Assembly (NCBI GenBank): GCA_012840075.1
Contig: DUMC01000178.1
Span: 9,645-73,644 of the forward strand
DNA from: Clostridiaceae bacterium
GTDB lineage: Bacteria; Bacillota; Clostridia; Acetivibrionales; DUMC01
Reading direction: 5' to 3'
DNA length: 64,000 nt
The position numbers were made by a program, and so were the translations under genes. This document shows, piece after piece, positions 40,030-50,899 of the stretch; position 1 is the first letter of the stretch; every line of letters starts with the position of its first letter. Below the pieces are notes generated by a model that searched no databases, was not told where the DNA came from, and was given only the letters and a program-made list of their open reading frames with translations.

Positions 40030-41976
40030 ATGTTAAACAATTTAAAAATTTATTATGACTCAAGTGATAAAACATTGACATTTGCTGCTCAAGAACTTGG
40101 CAAATATTCTTCGATGATTCAGAAGGATTTAAATGTAGTGTATCTTACAAATTGCAAAGACAACTGTAATGAAACCTGTAATGAAGATAACACCATTTGT
40201 TTAGGGTTATTTAAAGATTTTGGTATAGAAAGTAAGATGAAAGATTATACTGATTTTGATGATGAGATTTATATCGATGTTTCAAATGGGAAAGGCGTAA
40301 TTGCAGGTATCAATCCTAGAAGCACACTTCTTGCAGTCTACCGATTCCTTACCGAAGCCGGTTGTGCTTGGGTAAGACCCGGCAAGGACGGTGAGTACAT
40401 ACCGACAAAGGAATTTTCAATAATATCTGTAAAAGTACATGAAACAGCATCCTACAGGCATAGGGGAATATGTATAGAAGGTGCAAACAGCTATGAGAAT
40501 ATCGAAAACATAATAGATTGGGCTCCCAAAGTTGGATTTAACGCTTACTTTTTCCAATTCAGAGAAGCATTCACATTTTTTGAGCGATGGTATTCTCATA
40601 AAAACAATCCCTTAAAGAAACCTGAGCCCTTTACAGTTGACATGGCAAGGGAATATGTTAAAAGAGCGGTGAATGAAATTAAGAAAAGAGGTTTAATCTA
40701 TCATGCCGTTGGACATGGATGGACATGTGAACCTCTGGGAATACCGGGTTTAAGCTGGGAAAAGGACGAATATGATGTTAAACCTGAAGTAGTTAAATTT
40801 TTTGCCGAAGTAAACGGGAAACGAGAACTCTGGGGCGGAATACCCCTTAATACTAACCTATGCTACTCGAATCCTGAAGTCAGAGAAATTATTACTGATG
40901 CTATAGTACAGTATCTCAAAGAAAACCCGGAAGTTGATATTCTACATTTTTGGCTTGCTGACGGAAGTAATAATCAATGCGAATGCGAAAACTGCAGAAA
41001 GAGAATTCCATCGGATTTTTATGTAATTATGTTGAATGAGTTGGATAAAAAGCTAAGTGCCGAAAACATCAATACAAAAATAGTATTTCTGATTTATGTT
41101 GATTTACTTTGGGCTCCTGAATATGAAAAGATAGAGAATCCTGATAGATTTATCCTTATGTTTGCTCCGATAACAAGGACTTATAGCCATGCTTTTGAAA
41201 CGGATGAAGAACTACCTGAAATTCCGGCTTACACACGTAACAAGCTGAAATTCCCAAAAAGTGTAAAAGAGAACCTTGCTTTCCTTAAAGCTTGGGAAAA
41301 AGCTTTTAAAGGAGACAGTTTCGATTTTGATTATCATTTCATGTGGGATCATTACATGGATCCCGGATATTATCAAATTGCAGAAATACTTAGCAAAGAC
41401 ATTAAGAATCTTAGTAAGATAAATCTCAACGGATACGTAAGTTGTCAAACTCAAAGGGCTTTTTTCCCAACTGGGTTGGGTATGTATGTTATGGGTGCAA
41501 CATTATGGAACAGTGAGCTTGATTTTGAAGAACTTGCCGATAATTATTTTAAAAATGCATTTGGTACAGACTGGATGAAGTGCAAAGAATATTTATCTAA
41601 GCTATCGGATTTATTTGATCCGCCTTATATGAGAGGAGAAAAGGAAATAATCTCCGAAGAAGCAGCAAAAAGATTTTCAAGTATCGTCACTTATATAGAT
41701 GATTTTAGAAAAGTTATAGATGCAAATACAAATAGCATTGAAAATGACTGTCATAAAGCTTCCTGGAATTATTTAAGATATCATGCAGATTTATCTTCTT
41801 TGCTGGCATTAGCTCTTGAAGCAAGAGCACAAGGTAATAATGATAAAGCCGCAGCTATATGGAAAATAACTGAAAAATATGCGCAAGAACATGAAGATAA
41901 CCTTCAAACAGTATTAGATGTTTATTTGTTCATTCATACATTAAAGAGTAGACTTAAGTTTGGCAGAAGCAATTGA
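40030..41976 (+). CDS. DUF4838-like putative glycoside-hydrolase-related protein
   Basis: About 648 aa. N-terminal GH20b/GH67N-like segment, central TIM-like region HRGICIEGANSYENI, and a Cys cluster NNQCECENCRK as I recall for DUF4838. The family call is from memory only. The start is 40024 or 40030, behind a GGAGGGTG SD. Confidence 0.45.
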   Translation: MLNNLKIYYDSSDKTLTFAAQELGKYSSMIQKDLNVVYLTNCKDNCNETCNEDNTICLGLFKDFGIESKMKDYTDFDDEIYIDVSNGKGVIAGINPRSTLLAVYRFLTEAGCAWVRPGKDGEYIPTKEFSIISVKVHETASYRHRGICIEGANSYENIENIIDWAPKVGFNAYFFQFREAFTFFERWYSHKNNPLKKPEPFTVDMAREYVKRAVNEIKKRGLIYHAVGHGWTCEPLGIPGLSWEKDEYDVKPEVVKFFAEVNGKRELWGGIPLNTNLCYSNPEVREIITDAIVQYLKENPEVDILHFWLADGSNNQCECENCRKRIPSDFYVIMLNELDKKLSAENINTKIVFLIYVDLLWAPEYEKIENPDRFILMFAPITRTYSHAFETDEELPEIPAYTRNKLKFPKSVKENLAFLKAWEKAFKGDSFDFDYHFMWDHYMDPGYYQIAEILSKDIKNLSKINLNGYVSCQTQRAFFPTGLGMYVMGATLWNSELDFEELADNYFKNAFGTDWMKCKEYLSKLSDLFDPPYMRGEKEIISEEAAKRFSSIVTYIDDFRKVIDANTNSIENDCHKASWNYLRYHADLSSLLALALEARAQGNNDKAAAIWKITEKYAQEHEDNLQTVLDVYLFIHTLKSRLKFGRSN

Positions 41977-41993
41977 TAATTGGAGGTACTAAT

Positions 41994-43292
41994 ATGTCAG
42001 ATTTTAACAGTTTAAATGTGGAGCAACTAAAAGAGTTAAAGAGTAAACTACAGGAAGAATATGACAAATTTAAAAGCCAGAATGTGAAACTTGATATGTC
42101 AAGAGGTAAACCCGGAGCCGATCAACTTGAGCTTTCCATGGGGTTATTTGAAACTGAAATAGTGAAGAAATACTTGGCATCCGATGGTACTGATTGCAGA
42201 AACTATGGAGTTCTTGAAGGCATTCCCGAAATGAGAAAGCTATTTGCGGATATATTCGAAATATCATCTGAAGAAGTGCTCATAGGCGGCAATGCAAGCC
42301 TTAGCCTCATGTTTGACATGGTTTCCCAGGCCATGACCCATGGTGTTGTAGGAAGTGATGTTCCGTGGGGTAAACTTTCCAAGGTAAAATTCTTATGTCC
42401 AAGCCCCGGATATGACCGTCATTTTGCTATATGCGAGCATTTTAACATAGAAATGATAACCGTCCCCATGAAAAGTGACGGTCCTGATATGGACTTAGTA
42501 GAAAAACTGGTAGCAGAAGATGAATATATAAAAGGAATGTGGTGTGTTCCAAAGTACAGTAATCCGGATGGAATTACTTATTCCGATGAAGTGGTATTAA
42601 GGTTAGCAAATATGAAAACAAAGAGCAAAGACTTTCGTATATTCTGGGACAATGCCTATGTTGTTCATCATCTATATGAAGATGAATCAAAGCAGGACAA
42701 ACTAATGAATATTCTGAAAGCTTGTAAAGAAGCGGGCAATCCGAATAGAGTATTTATGTTTACTTCTACGTCAAAGATAACATTTCCGGGTGCTGGTGTT
42801 TCAGCCATAGGAGCAAGTATAGAAAATATTAATGACATTAAGAAGAGATTTAAGATCCAGACCATTGGACATGATAAGCTAAACCAACTTCGTCATGTTG
42901 CATTTTTGAAGAATGTTGATAACATTAAGGAGCATATGAAAAAACATGCTGAAATTTTAAGACCTAAATTTGAATTGGTGTTAAACTACTTTGAAAAAGA
43001 ATTAGGCGGGAAAAACATAGCCAGATGGACAAAACCTAATGGGGGATACTTCATAAGTTTATATACACTGAAAGGATGTGCCAAAAAAGTAGTTTCCAAA
43101 GCTAAAGAAGCAGGAGTAACACTTACGCCTGCAGGTGCAACTTATCCTTACGGCAATGACCCTGATGACAGCAACATAAGGATTGCACCCTCATATCCAC
43201 CGTTGAATGAATTGGAAAAAGCGGCTGAATTATTATGCATATGTATTCAATTAGTAAGTGTTGAAAAATTACTGGAAATGAAGGCAGAATGA
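41994..43292 (+). CDS. PLP-dependent aminotransferase (class I/II fold, putative aspartate aminotransferase type)
   Basis: MSRGKPGADQL ... NYG...G ... TSTSKITFPGAGVS (PLP-Lys) ... IRIAPSYP. GGAGGT SD 6 nt before the ATG at 41994. Confidence 0.7.
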   Translation: MSDFNSLNVEQLKELKSKLQEEYDKFKSQNVKLDMSRGKPGADQLELSMGLFETEIVKKYLASDGTDCRNYGVLEGIPEMRKLFADIFEISSEEVLIGGNASLSLMFDMVSQAMTHGVVGSDVPWGKLSKVKFLCPSPGYDRHFAICEHFNIEMITVPMKSDGPDMDLVEKLVAEDEYIKGMWCVPKYSNPDGITYSDEVVLRLANMKTKSKDFRIFWDNAYVVHHLYEDESKQDKLMNILKACKEAGNPNRVFMFTSTSKITFPGAGVSAIGASIENINDIKKRFKIQTIGHDKLNQLRHVAFLKNVDNIKEHMKKHAEILRPKFELVLNYFEKELGGKNIARWTKPNGGYFISLYTLKGCAKKVVSKAKEAGVTLTPAGATYPYGNDPDDSNIRIAPSYPPLNELEKAAELLCICIQLVSVEKLLEMKAE

Positions 43293-43422
43293 ACATTCAA
43301 TGGGGCATTTGCTCGAGAGAGCTTTGTCCCTTTACTTAAAAAAAGAATTGTTTTTTTGGAGAAACTATGCTAAAATAACTTTCAATAATTTTTAATACCC
43401 TTGGTTTGAAAGGTGGGTTAAA

Positions 43423-44508
43423 ATGTCTGGTAAGTTTAAAGTAGGGGTCATTGGCGGCACAGGTTTTGTAGGTCAGAGGTTTGTTACTCTGCTTGAAAAT
43501 CATCCATGGTTTGAAGTAGTTTGTGTTGCCGCAAGTGAAAGGTCAGCAGGGAAAACTTATGCTGAAGCTGTAGAAGGACGTTGGAAACTGAATGTTCAAA
43601 TGCCTTCAAGTTTAAAAGACTTGGTTGTTAAAAATATTAATCAAGTAGATGAAATTACCGAACAAGTTGACTTCGTATTTTGTGCAGTAGATATGGAAAA
43701 AGATAAAATAAAAGCTTTTGAAGAAATGTATGCTAAGAAGGAGACGCCCGTAGTTTCAAACAATTCAGCTCACAGGTGGACTCCTGATGTACCGATGGTA
43801 ATTCCGGAAATAAATCCTGAGCACTTGGAGATCATAGAAAAACAAAAACAGAGGTTGGGAACAAAGAGAGGATTTATTGCAGTAAAACCTAATTGCTCAA
43901 TTCAGAGTTATGTTCCTGCTATACATCCTTTGATGAGTTATAATCCTCAGAAAATCTTAGTTAGCACGTATCAGGCAATTTCAGGTGCAGGAAAAGTATT
44001 CAAAGACTGGCCGGAAATGGAAGATAATATTATTCCATATATTGGCGGCGAAGAAGATAAAAGTGAAAACGAACCTTTAAAGATTTGGGGTCACATTGAA
44101 GGAAATGAAATTGTAAAAGCTGACAGACCAGTTATATCAGCACAGTGCTACCGAGTTCCGGTATCAGACGGGCATTTAGCTTCCGTTGCAGTATCCTTTG
44201 AAAAGAAACCATCAAAAGAAGAAATATTCAGTGCATGGAACAGTTTTAAAGGTAAACCTCAGGTACTTGATTTGCCAAGTGCACCAAAACAATTCCTTAA
44301 ATACTTTGAAGAAGAAAACAGACCCCAGACAAAATTAGACAGGGATTATGAAAACGGTATGGGAGTTACTATAGGACGTCTCAGAGAAGACAGCATTTTT
44401 GATTATAAATTTGCATGCTTGTCCCACAATACAATCCGTGGCGCTGCCGGCGGTGCAATATTGATTGCAGAATTACTTGTAGCTGAAGGGTATATTGAAA
44501 AAAAATAA
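43423..44508 (+). CDS. asd: Aspartate-semialdehyde dehydrogenase
   Basis: VGVIGGTGFVGQRF, active-site NCSIQ, SHNTIRGAAGGAI. 361 aa. Confidence 0.9.
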   Translation: MSGKFKVGVIGGTGFVGQRFVTLLENHPWFEVVCVAASERSAGKTYAEAVEGRWKLNVQMPSSLKDLVVKNINQVDEITEQVDFVFCAVDMEKDKIKAFEEMYAKKETPVVSNNSAHRWTPDVPMVIPEINPEHLEIIEKQKQRLGTKRGFIAVKPNCSIQSYVPAIHPLMSYNPQKILVSTYQAISGAGKVFKDWPEMEDNIIPYIGGEEDKSENEPLKIWGHIEGNEIVKADRPVISAQCYRVPVSDGHLASVAVSFEKKPSKEEIFSAWNSFKGKPQVLDLPSAPKQFLKYFEEENRPQTKLDRDYENGMGVTIGRLREDSIFDYKFACLSHNTIRGAAGGAILIAELLVAEGYIEKK

Positions 44509-44537
44509 AAATTACCGGTTGCTTTTCATAATTAGCG

Positions 44538-44580
44538 AAAAACTTATAAATAACCAATTTGGTTGTTTATAAGTTTTTTT
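44538..44580 (+). terminator. Rho-independent terminator after asd
   Basis: The 16-nt arms aacttataaataacca (44541-44556) and tggttgtttataagtt (44560-44575) pair with one G-U, followed by a T-run. Confidence 0.7.
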
Positions 44581-44884
44581 GTGTTGTTGGTTTTTGTACA
44601 TATTTTTTGAAATACTAATTTTTAAATAATAATTTTAAATTGAAAACATTTTAAATAAATTTATCCGGAATGTTTTATATCTTTTATTTATTTTATTTAT
44701 GTTTTATGCATTTTTTTCTGATAAGCTTAACATTTTAGATTTAATATTGTGTAATAATGTCATTATATGTTACAATACACAAGGTTAAATGATAATGATA
44801 AGAGCTTAATAGAGTAATAAATAAAAGCTTAAAAAACGGTAAATTAGAAACATAGAATCGGAGAAAGCTTGGAGGTTAAGTGAG

Positions 44885-46564
44885 ATGGCAGAGCTGAATA
44901 TTAAAGAAATCATATTTGGTCTATTCGGCGGACTGGCGCTTTTTATTTACGGAATGAATCTCATGGGTGACAGCTTGCAAAAAGCTGCAGGAGAACGCAT
45001 GAGACGAATACTTGAAATCCTCACTAAAAATCCAATTGTCGGCATCCTGGTAGGCACACTGGTTACTGTAGTCATTCAAAGCAGTAGCGCAACTACTGTC
45101 ATGGTTATTGGTTTTGTAAATGCAAAACTCATGACTCTAACACAAGCAATTAGTGTTATATTCGGTGCAAATATCGGAACAACAATCACAGCCCAAATAA
45201 TTGCTTTTAATATCGGAAATTATGCTTATCTAATAGCGGCTATCGGCTTTTTTATATTTTTTGCATTTAAAAAACGTATTATTAAATATATTGGTGAAAC
45301 AATTTTTGCCTTCGGGGTATTATTCATTGGCTTAAACATTATGGGAGATGTTATGAAACCATTAGCTCATACCAAGGAATTTGAGAATATAATTTTGGGA
45401 TTGAGTAAAAATAAATTCCTTGGGATTTTAATCGGTTTGATTAGTACAATGATAATCCAAAGCAGCAGTGCTGTTATCGGTGTAGTTCAGAGCCTTGCTA
45501 CCCAAGCTACTTATGACGGTGTAAATGCTTTACTGAAATTGGAAACTGCCATACCTATACTTTTCGGAAGTAATATTGGAACAACCATTACGGCAATATT
45601 GGCTTCGATTGGCGCAAAAATTAACGCAAAACGTGCTGCTTTAGCCCATTCCATATTCAATATCTCGGGTACAGTGCTTTTTATATGGTTTATACCAACC
45701 TTTGCCAGTTTTGTAAGGATGATTTCTCCAAAAGGCAATGAAATTCAGGTCATATCACGACAAATAGCAAATGCACACACAATTTTCAATTTGTTGAACA
45801 CAATTATTTGGCTGCCACTTATATGGCTAATGGCTAAAATTGTAATAAAACTTGTCCCGGGAGAAGATGACACAATCGAACATAGAATTCTATATCTTAA
45901 TAAAAGAATGCTCAATAATGCAACCGTAGCTATGAATCTTGCAACACAAGAACTTGCAAGAATGGGAGAAATGTGCCAGATGATGATGGCCAGTGCCCGT
46001 CAAGCTTTCGTTACATCGAATATGGACGAAGTTAAAAAGGTTATAGATATAGAAGAGACTATAGATATGCTTCAGACTGAAATTATAAAGTATCTTTCTG
46101 CCATAGTATCTAAAGGTGCTTTAACCGAGCGGCAATCAGTAAGGCTTGCAGCGCTTATGCACGTGGTTAATGATATTGAGCGAATAGGAGATCATTGTGA
46201 AAACATAGCAGAATTTGCACAGTGGAAAGCAGAAGACAATTTACCTTTTTCCAAGGAAGCTATTGAAGAAATTGCAAATGCGTTCTCAGTGCTTAATAAT
46301 ATGGTTGATGACAGTATTCATGCACTGCGCGAAAGAAACATTGAACTTGCCCGCAAAGTTCTTTCAGAAGAATATGAAGTTGATAAACTCGAAGAAACAC
46401 TACGTGCCAGTCACTTAAAACGCCTCAATGACGGTCTTTGCGACCCGCAAGCCGGAGTATTATTTATTGAACTTATCCACAACTTGGAGAGAATAGGTGA
46501 CCACTGCAATAATATAGCAGAGGCAGTGTTGAGCGATTATAGTGGAAAGGTTGAGGTAGAGTAA
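44885..46564 (+). CDS. Na/Pi cotransporter family protein with C-terminal PhoU-like repeats
   Basis: Duplicated QSSSATT / QSSSAVIG Na/Pi-cotransporter motifs. The C-terminal half has two PhoU-like helical repeats ending in ERIGDHCENIAE and ERIGDHCNNIAE. Confidence 0.88.
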   Translation: MAELNIKEIIFGLFGGLALFIYGMNLMGDSLQKAAGERMRRILEILTKNPIVGILVGTLVTVVIQSSSATTVMVIGFVNAKLMTLTQAISVIFGANIGTTITAQIIAFNIGNYAYLIAAIGFFIFFAFKKRIIKYIGETIFAFGVLFIGLNIMGDVMKPLAHTKEFENIILGLSKNKFLGILIGLISTMIIQSSSAVIGVVQSLATQATYDGVNALLKLETAIPILFGSNIGTTITAILASIGAKINAKRAALAHSIFNISGTVLFIWFIPTFASFVRMISPKGNEIQVISRQIANAHTIFNLLNTIIWLPLIWLMAKIVIKLVPGEDDTIEHRILYLNKRMLNNATVAMNLATQELARMGEMCQMMMASARQAFVTSNMDEVKKVIDIEETIDMLQTEIIKYLSAIVSKGALTERQSVRLAALMHVVNDIERIGDHCENIAEFAQWKAEDNLPFSKEAIEEIANAFSVLNNMVDDSIHALRERNIELARKVLSEEYEVDKLEETLRASHLKRLNDGLCDPQAGVLFIELIHNLERIGDHCNNIAEAVLSDYSGKVEVE

Positions 46565-46638
46565 GAAAAAGATTTTTTCTTGACAACTTGGAATATTTAT
46601 ACTACTATAAGTAATAGCAAATTATACAATTAAATAAT

Positions 46639-46730
46639 TTGCCTGGGGAGCTGAAATTGATCGGCTGAGAGGGAACTGTTTGTTCCGACCCAAGAACCTG
46701 ATCTGGATAATGCCAGCGGAGGGAGGGCAA
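46639..46730 (+). promoter_or_regulatory. TPP (THI-box) riboswitch
   Basis: ctggggagc...ggctgaga...gaccc..gaacctgatctggataatgccagcggagggag matches the THI-box core. The P1 stem is ttgcc (46639-46643) with ggcaa (46726-46730). Confidence 0.92.
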
Positions 46731-46764
46731 TGAGTAATGTATGTATTTATTAGAAAGAAATCTT

Positions 46765-46803
46765 AACCCCTTCATTCACGTTGGATGAAGGGGTTTATTT
46801 TTG
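46765..46803 (+). terminator. Riboswitch expression-platform terminator
   Basis: aaccccttcat (46765-46775) pairs with atgaaggggtt (46785-46795), followed by tatttttg. Confidence 0.8.
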
Positions 46804-46888
46804 TATTGTATGAAGATAATGACTAATTTAAAAATACGGATTTAGCCTAAAAAATAGTAATAAGAAAAGATATAAGTTGTATTGAAAT

Positions 46889-46932
46889 AAGGCTAAAAAA
46901 TATAAATATTAAGGCTAAAAAATATAAATATT
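46889..46932 (+). repeat. Perfect tandem duplication of a 22-nt unit in the riboswitch-to-gene leader
   Basis: aaggctaaaaaatataaatatt occurs at 46889-46910 and again at 46911-46932. A degenerate third copy (agcctaaaaaatagtaata) lies near 46844-46862. Confidence 0.85.
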
Positions 46933-46963
46933 GTTAATTTATATGTAGAAAGGAATAATAAAA

Positions 46964-47263
46964 ATGCCTGTATGCAATGTTAGTTTACAAGTTATACCAA
47001 AAGTAAACAGTGAAAAAACATATCAAATAGTTGATAAGGTTATTGAGTATATAGCTTCCTGCAATGTTAAATATGAAGTCGGTCCTATGGAAACCACCAT
47101 GGAAGGGGAACTGGAAGAATTATTGGAAATAGTAAAAAAAGCCCAATATATATGTATAGAAGAAGGAGCGGAAAGAATGATCTCCGTCGTTAAGATTGAT
47201 TTTAAACCTGAAGGTGTGACCATAGATGAGAAAGTTGCAAAATACAGAAGGCAGCAAGGATAG
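46964..47263 (+). CDS. MTH1187/YkoF-family (DUF77) thiamine-binding protein
   Basis: 99 aa. The N-terminal VSLQVIP and the later EVGPMETTMEG are typical of the MTH1187 family. It sits downstream of the TPP riboswitch. Confidence 0.75.
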   Translation: MPVCNVSLQVIPKVNSEKTYQIVDKVIEYIASCNVKYEVGPMETTMEGELEELLEIVKKAQYICIEEGAERMISVVKIDFKPEGVTIDEKVAKYRRQQG

Positions 47264-48080
47264 AGAAGCCAACGAAAAACCTGGCAATTGGAAGGTGAAC
47301 TTTAACAAAAATGCCAATATGATAAAGCAAACAGTTGATAAAAGTATTTCTATGGTTTTCTTAATTTTACTGCTTATATTATGGCAAATAATAAGCAGTG
47401 TGGGAAGCATACCAAAATATATTTTGCCATCCCCTTTAGATGTAGGTATAACGTTTGTTAAAGTATTGCCTGATTTAAAGGATCACCTTCTTACTACACT
47501 TTGGGAGGCTATTGTGGGAATTGTAATTTCTATCATTGTATCTTTTGTATTAGCTGTACTTATGGATAGCATAGCTTTTTTCAAAAAAGCGATTTATCCT
47601 ATATTAATTTTATCCCAAACCATCCCTATAATTGCTTTAGCACCACTTTTTATTATTTGGTTTGGTTTTGGGTTAATACCAAAAATACTTGTGGTAACAC
47701 TTGTATGTTTCTTTCCCATAGTTGTCAGTTTCGTTGACGGAATGGATTCGGTTGACAGTGATTTGTTGAATCTTATGAAATCAATGAAAGCAAGCAAGTT
47801 AATGGTGTTCCGGCATATAAAGTTGCCTGCTGCAATTGTAAGTTTTTTCTCAGGGCTTAGAATTGCAATGACATATAGCGTTATGGGAGCAGTTATAGGC
47901 GAGTGGCTTGGAGGAGAAAAAGGCCTTGGAGTCTACATGATGAGAGTAAAACATTCTTACTCACTGGACAAATTTTTCGCTGCCATTATTGTAATCGTAG
48001 TATTAAGCATGTTGCTGTTTAAACTAATATCACTAATTGAATACTTTTGTATGCCGTGGAAAAAAGTAAAAGCAAGATAA
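47226..48080 (+). CDS. ABC transporter permease (NitT/TauT family, ThiX-like)
   Basis: Six-TM BPD-type permease. Loop MKSMKASKLMVFRHIKLPAAIVSFFSGLRIA. The start is uncertain, either 47226 (overlapping the upstream gene by 38 nt) or the ATG at 47319. Confidence 0.8.
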   Translation: MRKLQNTEGSKDREANEKPGNWKVNFNKNANMIKQTVDKSISMVFLILLLILWQIISSVGSIPKYILPSPLDVGITFVKVLPDLKDHLLTTLWEAIVGIVISIIVSFVLAVLMDSIAFFKKAIYPILILSQTIPIIALAPLFIIWFGFGLIPKILVVTLVCFFPIVVSFVDGMDSVDSDLLNLMKSMKASKLMVFRHIKLPAAIVSFFSGLRIAMTYSVMGAVIGEWLGGEKGLGVYMMRVKHSYSLDKFFAAIIVIVVLSMLLFKLISLIEYFCMPWKKVKAR

Positions 48081-48122
48081 AACCGGCAAAGCAAATCAAA
48101 TAATGAAACTTGGAGGGATAAT

Positions 48123-49226
48123 ATGAGTTTGTTAATGAAAAAGTTAGTGAAGATGAATCTAAAAATTATCGCAGCAACTTTGATGGTAGGTTTGATTTTA
48201 GCGTTTACCAATGTCGGATGCACTGGAAGTAAAACAAATAAAAACCAGGAAATTGAAGATACCCAAAAAACTGAAAATAATCAAAGTATTGATAATAATA
48301 CAGAAGATAAAGGAAAAGAGCAACTGCAAGATGTTAAGGTGCTACTTGACTGGGTTCCAAATACTAATCATACAGGACTTTATGTTGCACTAAAAAACGG
48401 ATATTATGAGGAGGAAGGATTGAATGTAAGCATAATTCAACCGCCGGAAGGAGGAAGTGCGGAATTGGTAGCGGCAGGTCAAGCAGATTTTGGAATAGGA
48501 TACCAGGAACAAGTAACATACGCTAGGACAACTAAGAATCCCCTTCCTGTAAAAGCAGTAGCAGCTATAATCCAGCATAACACTTCAGGTTTTGCTTCTC
48601 CGGTGGAAAAAAATATAAAAACTCCGAAAGATTTTGAAGGTAAAAAATACGGTGGATGGGGTTCACCTATGGAAGATGCAATGTTAAAAGGTGTTATGGA
48701 AAAATACAATGCGGATTTCAATAAGCTTACGATAGTAAACATCGGTATGGCGGATTTCTTCACTTCAGTACAAAGGGACGTGGATTTTTGCTGGATTTAC
48801 TATGGATGGGACGGAATAGCTGCCGAATTAAAAGGCATACCGTTAAATTTTATTAAACTGCAGGATGTTGATCCTGAATTGGATTTTTATACTCCTTTAA
48901 TAATGACCAGTGAAAGTCTGATAGAAAAGGATCCTGAAATGATCAGGAAATTTTTGAGAGCAACAGCAAAAGGTTATAAGTACGCAATAGAAAAGCCTGA
49001 AGAAGCAGCGGAAATTTTATTGGAGTATGCTCCTGAAATAGACAGACAGCTTGCTATTGAAAGCCAGAAATATCTGGCAAAAGAATATATAGCTGATGCG
49101 AAGAGATGGGGAGAAATGAAGAAAGAAGTCTGGGAGACATATGGAAATTGGATGTATAAAAACGGATTATTAGAAAGCGAATTAGATGCAGAAGAGGCGT
49201 TTGCAAATGAATTTCTACCCGAATGA
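48123..49226 (+). CDS. NMT1/THI5-like ABC substrate-binding lipoprotein (ThiY-like, likely HMP/thiamine-precursor binding)
   Basis: Lipobox [36 protein letters not shown] is typical of NMT1/THI5-like binding proteins. Confidence 0.8.
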   Translation: MSLLMKKLVKMNLKIIAATLMVGLILAFTNVGCTGSKTNKNQEIEDTQKTENNQSIDNNTEDKGKEQLQDVKVLLDWVPNTNHTGLYVALKNGYYEEEGLNVSIIQPPEGGSAELVAAGQADFGIGYQEQVTYARTTKNPLPVKAVAAIIQHNTSGFASPVEKNIKTPKDFEGKKYGGWGSPMEDAMLKGVMEKYNADFNKLTIVNIGMADFFTSVQRDVDFCWIYYGWDGIAAELKGIPLNFIKLQDVDPELDFYTPLIMTSESLIEKDPEMIRKFLRATAKGYKYAIEKPEEAAEILLEYAPEIDRQLAIESQKYLAKEYIADAKRWGEMKKEVWETYGNWMYKNGLLESELDAEEAFANEFLPE

Positions 49227-50010
49227 TGATAAAAGTTCTGTAAAACTTAATGAAGATAAAAATTCTATAAAACTAGAGGTAAAAAATATAAAAAAGTCCT
49301 TCGAAGGAATTTTAGTAATTGAAAATGTTTCTCTTTATCTGAAAAACAAGGAATTTGTTACAATCCTTGGCTTAAGCGGCAGTGGTAAAAGTACGATTTT
49401 TAATATTATTTCAGGATTGATGATTCCCGATGAAGGTGAGATAATAATCGATGGAGAGGATTATACGGGGAAAACAGGAAGAGTCAGCTATATGTATCAA
49501 AAAGATTTGCTGCTTCCGTGGAAGAATATCATTGACAATGTAGCTTTGCCGCTGGTGATAAAAGGTATTAATAAAAAAGACAGCAGGAAAGAGGTTGAAC
49601 CTTATTTTGAAATATTCGGACTAAAAGGTTATGAAAAGAAGTATCCGCACCAGCTTTCCGGTGGGATGCGGCAAAGAGCAGCCTTTTTAAGAACATACAT
49701 GTTTTCCCGGGATATTATGCTCCTTGATGAGCCTTTTGGCGGGCTTGATGCCATAACAAGATCGAGAATACATTACTGGTTGATGGAAGTGCTGGAAAAG
49801 CTTGAAACTTCAGTTTTATTTATAACTCATGATATTGAAGAAGCCATCTTTTTATCTAACAGAATATATATTCTGTCAGATAAACCTGCAAAGGTAATAG
49901 ATGAAATAATTATTGATATTCCGAGACCTAGAACCAAAGATGTTACTACAAGTGTTAGATTTAACGAGTTCAAAAAACATATTTTAAATATAATGGACAG
50001 ATTATATTGA
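49207..50010 (+). CDS. ABC transporter ATP-binding protein (NitT/TauT family, ThiZ-like)
   Basis: Walker [34 protein letters not shown]. The start is either the ATG at 49207 or 49186. Confidence 0.88.
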   Translation: MNFYPNDDKSSVKLNEDKNSIKLEVKNIKKSFEGILVIENVSLYLKNKEFVTILGLSGSGKSTIFNIISGLMIPDEGEIIIDGEDYTGKTGRVSYMYQKDLLLPWKNIIDNVALPLVIKGINKKDSRKEVEPYFEIFGLKGYEKKYPHQLSGGMRQRAAFLRTYMFSRDIMLLDEPFGGLDAITRSRIHYWLMEVLEKLETSVLFITHDIEEAIFLSNRIYILSDKPAKVIDEIIIDIPRPRTKDVTTSVRFNEFKKHILNIMDRLY

Positions 50011-50092
50011 CATATAAATACAATACTTTTAAAGTAGATGCTATAATACTTTCAAAGCGTATATAAAGTGTTACAAATGGAGGATAAACTGC

Positions 50093-50854
50093 TTGGGCAT
50101 AACTAATGTTAATTTAAATGATGTAACGAGGATAGCTATAAAAGCAGGTAAAATATTACTTACAAGCGGTGCGGAAATTTATCGGGTTGAGGATACTATA
50201 ACTCGGATTTGTAAAGCTTATAAAGTAGAATGCGAGACTTTTGTTGTTCCTACAGGCATATTTATCACTGCATATGGTAAAGACGGAGAAACGATAACCC
50301 ATGTAAAAAGGATTAAAGAAAGAACGATAAATATAAAAAAAATCGAAGCCGTAAATGCATTTTCAAGAAGTTTAAATAATCGTGTACCTGATTATTCCGA
50401 AGCTATGAATATTTTGGATTCAATAGAACATGAAAGAGAATATCCTTTTTGGTTAAAATTAGCTGCAACATCAGTTACAGCATTCGCGTTTGTCCTTTTA
50501 TTCAAAGGAACATCTTATGAAAGTATAGCGGCTGCTCTAATAAGTGCAATAGTGTATTTTTTTAAGGAAAGAGTAGTGCAAGTATCATTATTTCCGTTCC
50601 TTGGTTTTTTTATTTCCGGAATTGTCGCCGGAAGTTTAAGTATACTTTTTTCGGTTTTAATAAGCGGATTGAATATTTATAAGATAATAATAGGTGCCAT
50701 TGTCATTCATTTACCCGGCATGGCTATGACCAATGGTATAAAAGATGCATTATACGGAGATATAACATCCAGTATGAATCGCATAAGTGAAGCTTTCTTT
50801 TCCGTTGCAGCAATTTGTGCCGGGGTTGCATTGGCGTTATTGGTTTTCTTATGA
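50093..50854 (+). CDS. Threonine/serine exporter family protein (ThrE, DUF1212-type subunit)
   Basis: 253 aa. ILLTSGAEIYRVEDTITRI is typical of ThrE. C-terminal TM helices. GGAGGA SD and a TTG start. Confidence 0.8.
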   Translation: MGITNVNLNDVTRIAIKAGKILLTSGAEIYRVEDTITRICKAYKVECETFVVPTGIFITAYGKDGETITHVKRIKERTINIKKIEAVNAFSRSLNNRVPDYSEAMNILDSIEHEREYPFWLKLAATSVTAFAFVLLFKGTSYESIAAALISAIVYFFKERVVQVSLFPFLGFFISGIVAGSLSILFSVLISGLNIYKIIIGAIVIHLPGMAMTNGIKDALYGDITSSMNRISEAFFSVAAICAGVALALLVFL

Positions 50855-50899
50855 ATAAGGTATTAATTAATTTTTATGTGAAAGGTATGAACTAATATT

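Noticed and set aside
44690-44884. Possible PhoP boxes and an extended -10 (TGTTACAAT) upstream of the Na/Pi cotransporter.
   Set aside because: Only loose TTAACA/TTTAAT-like hexamers are present, without the regular 11-bp phasing. This is too weak to call.
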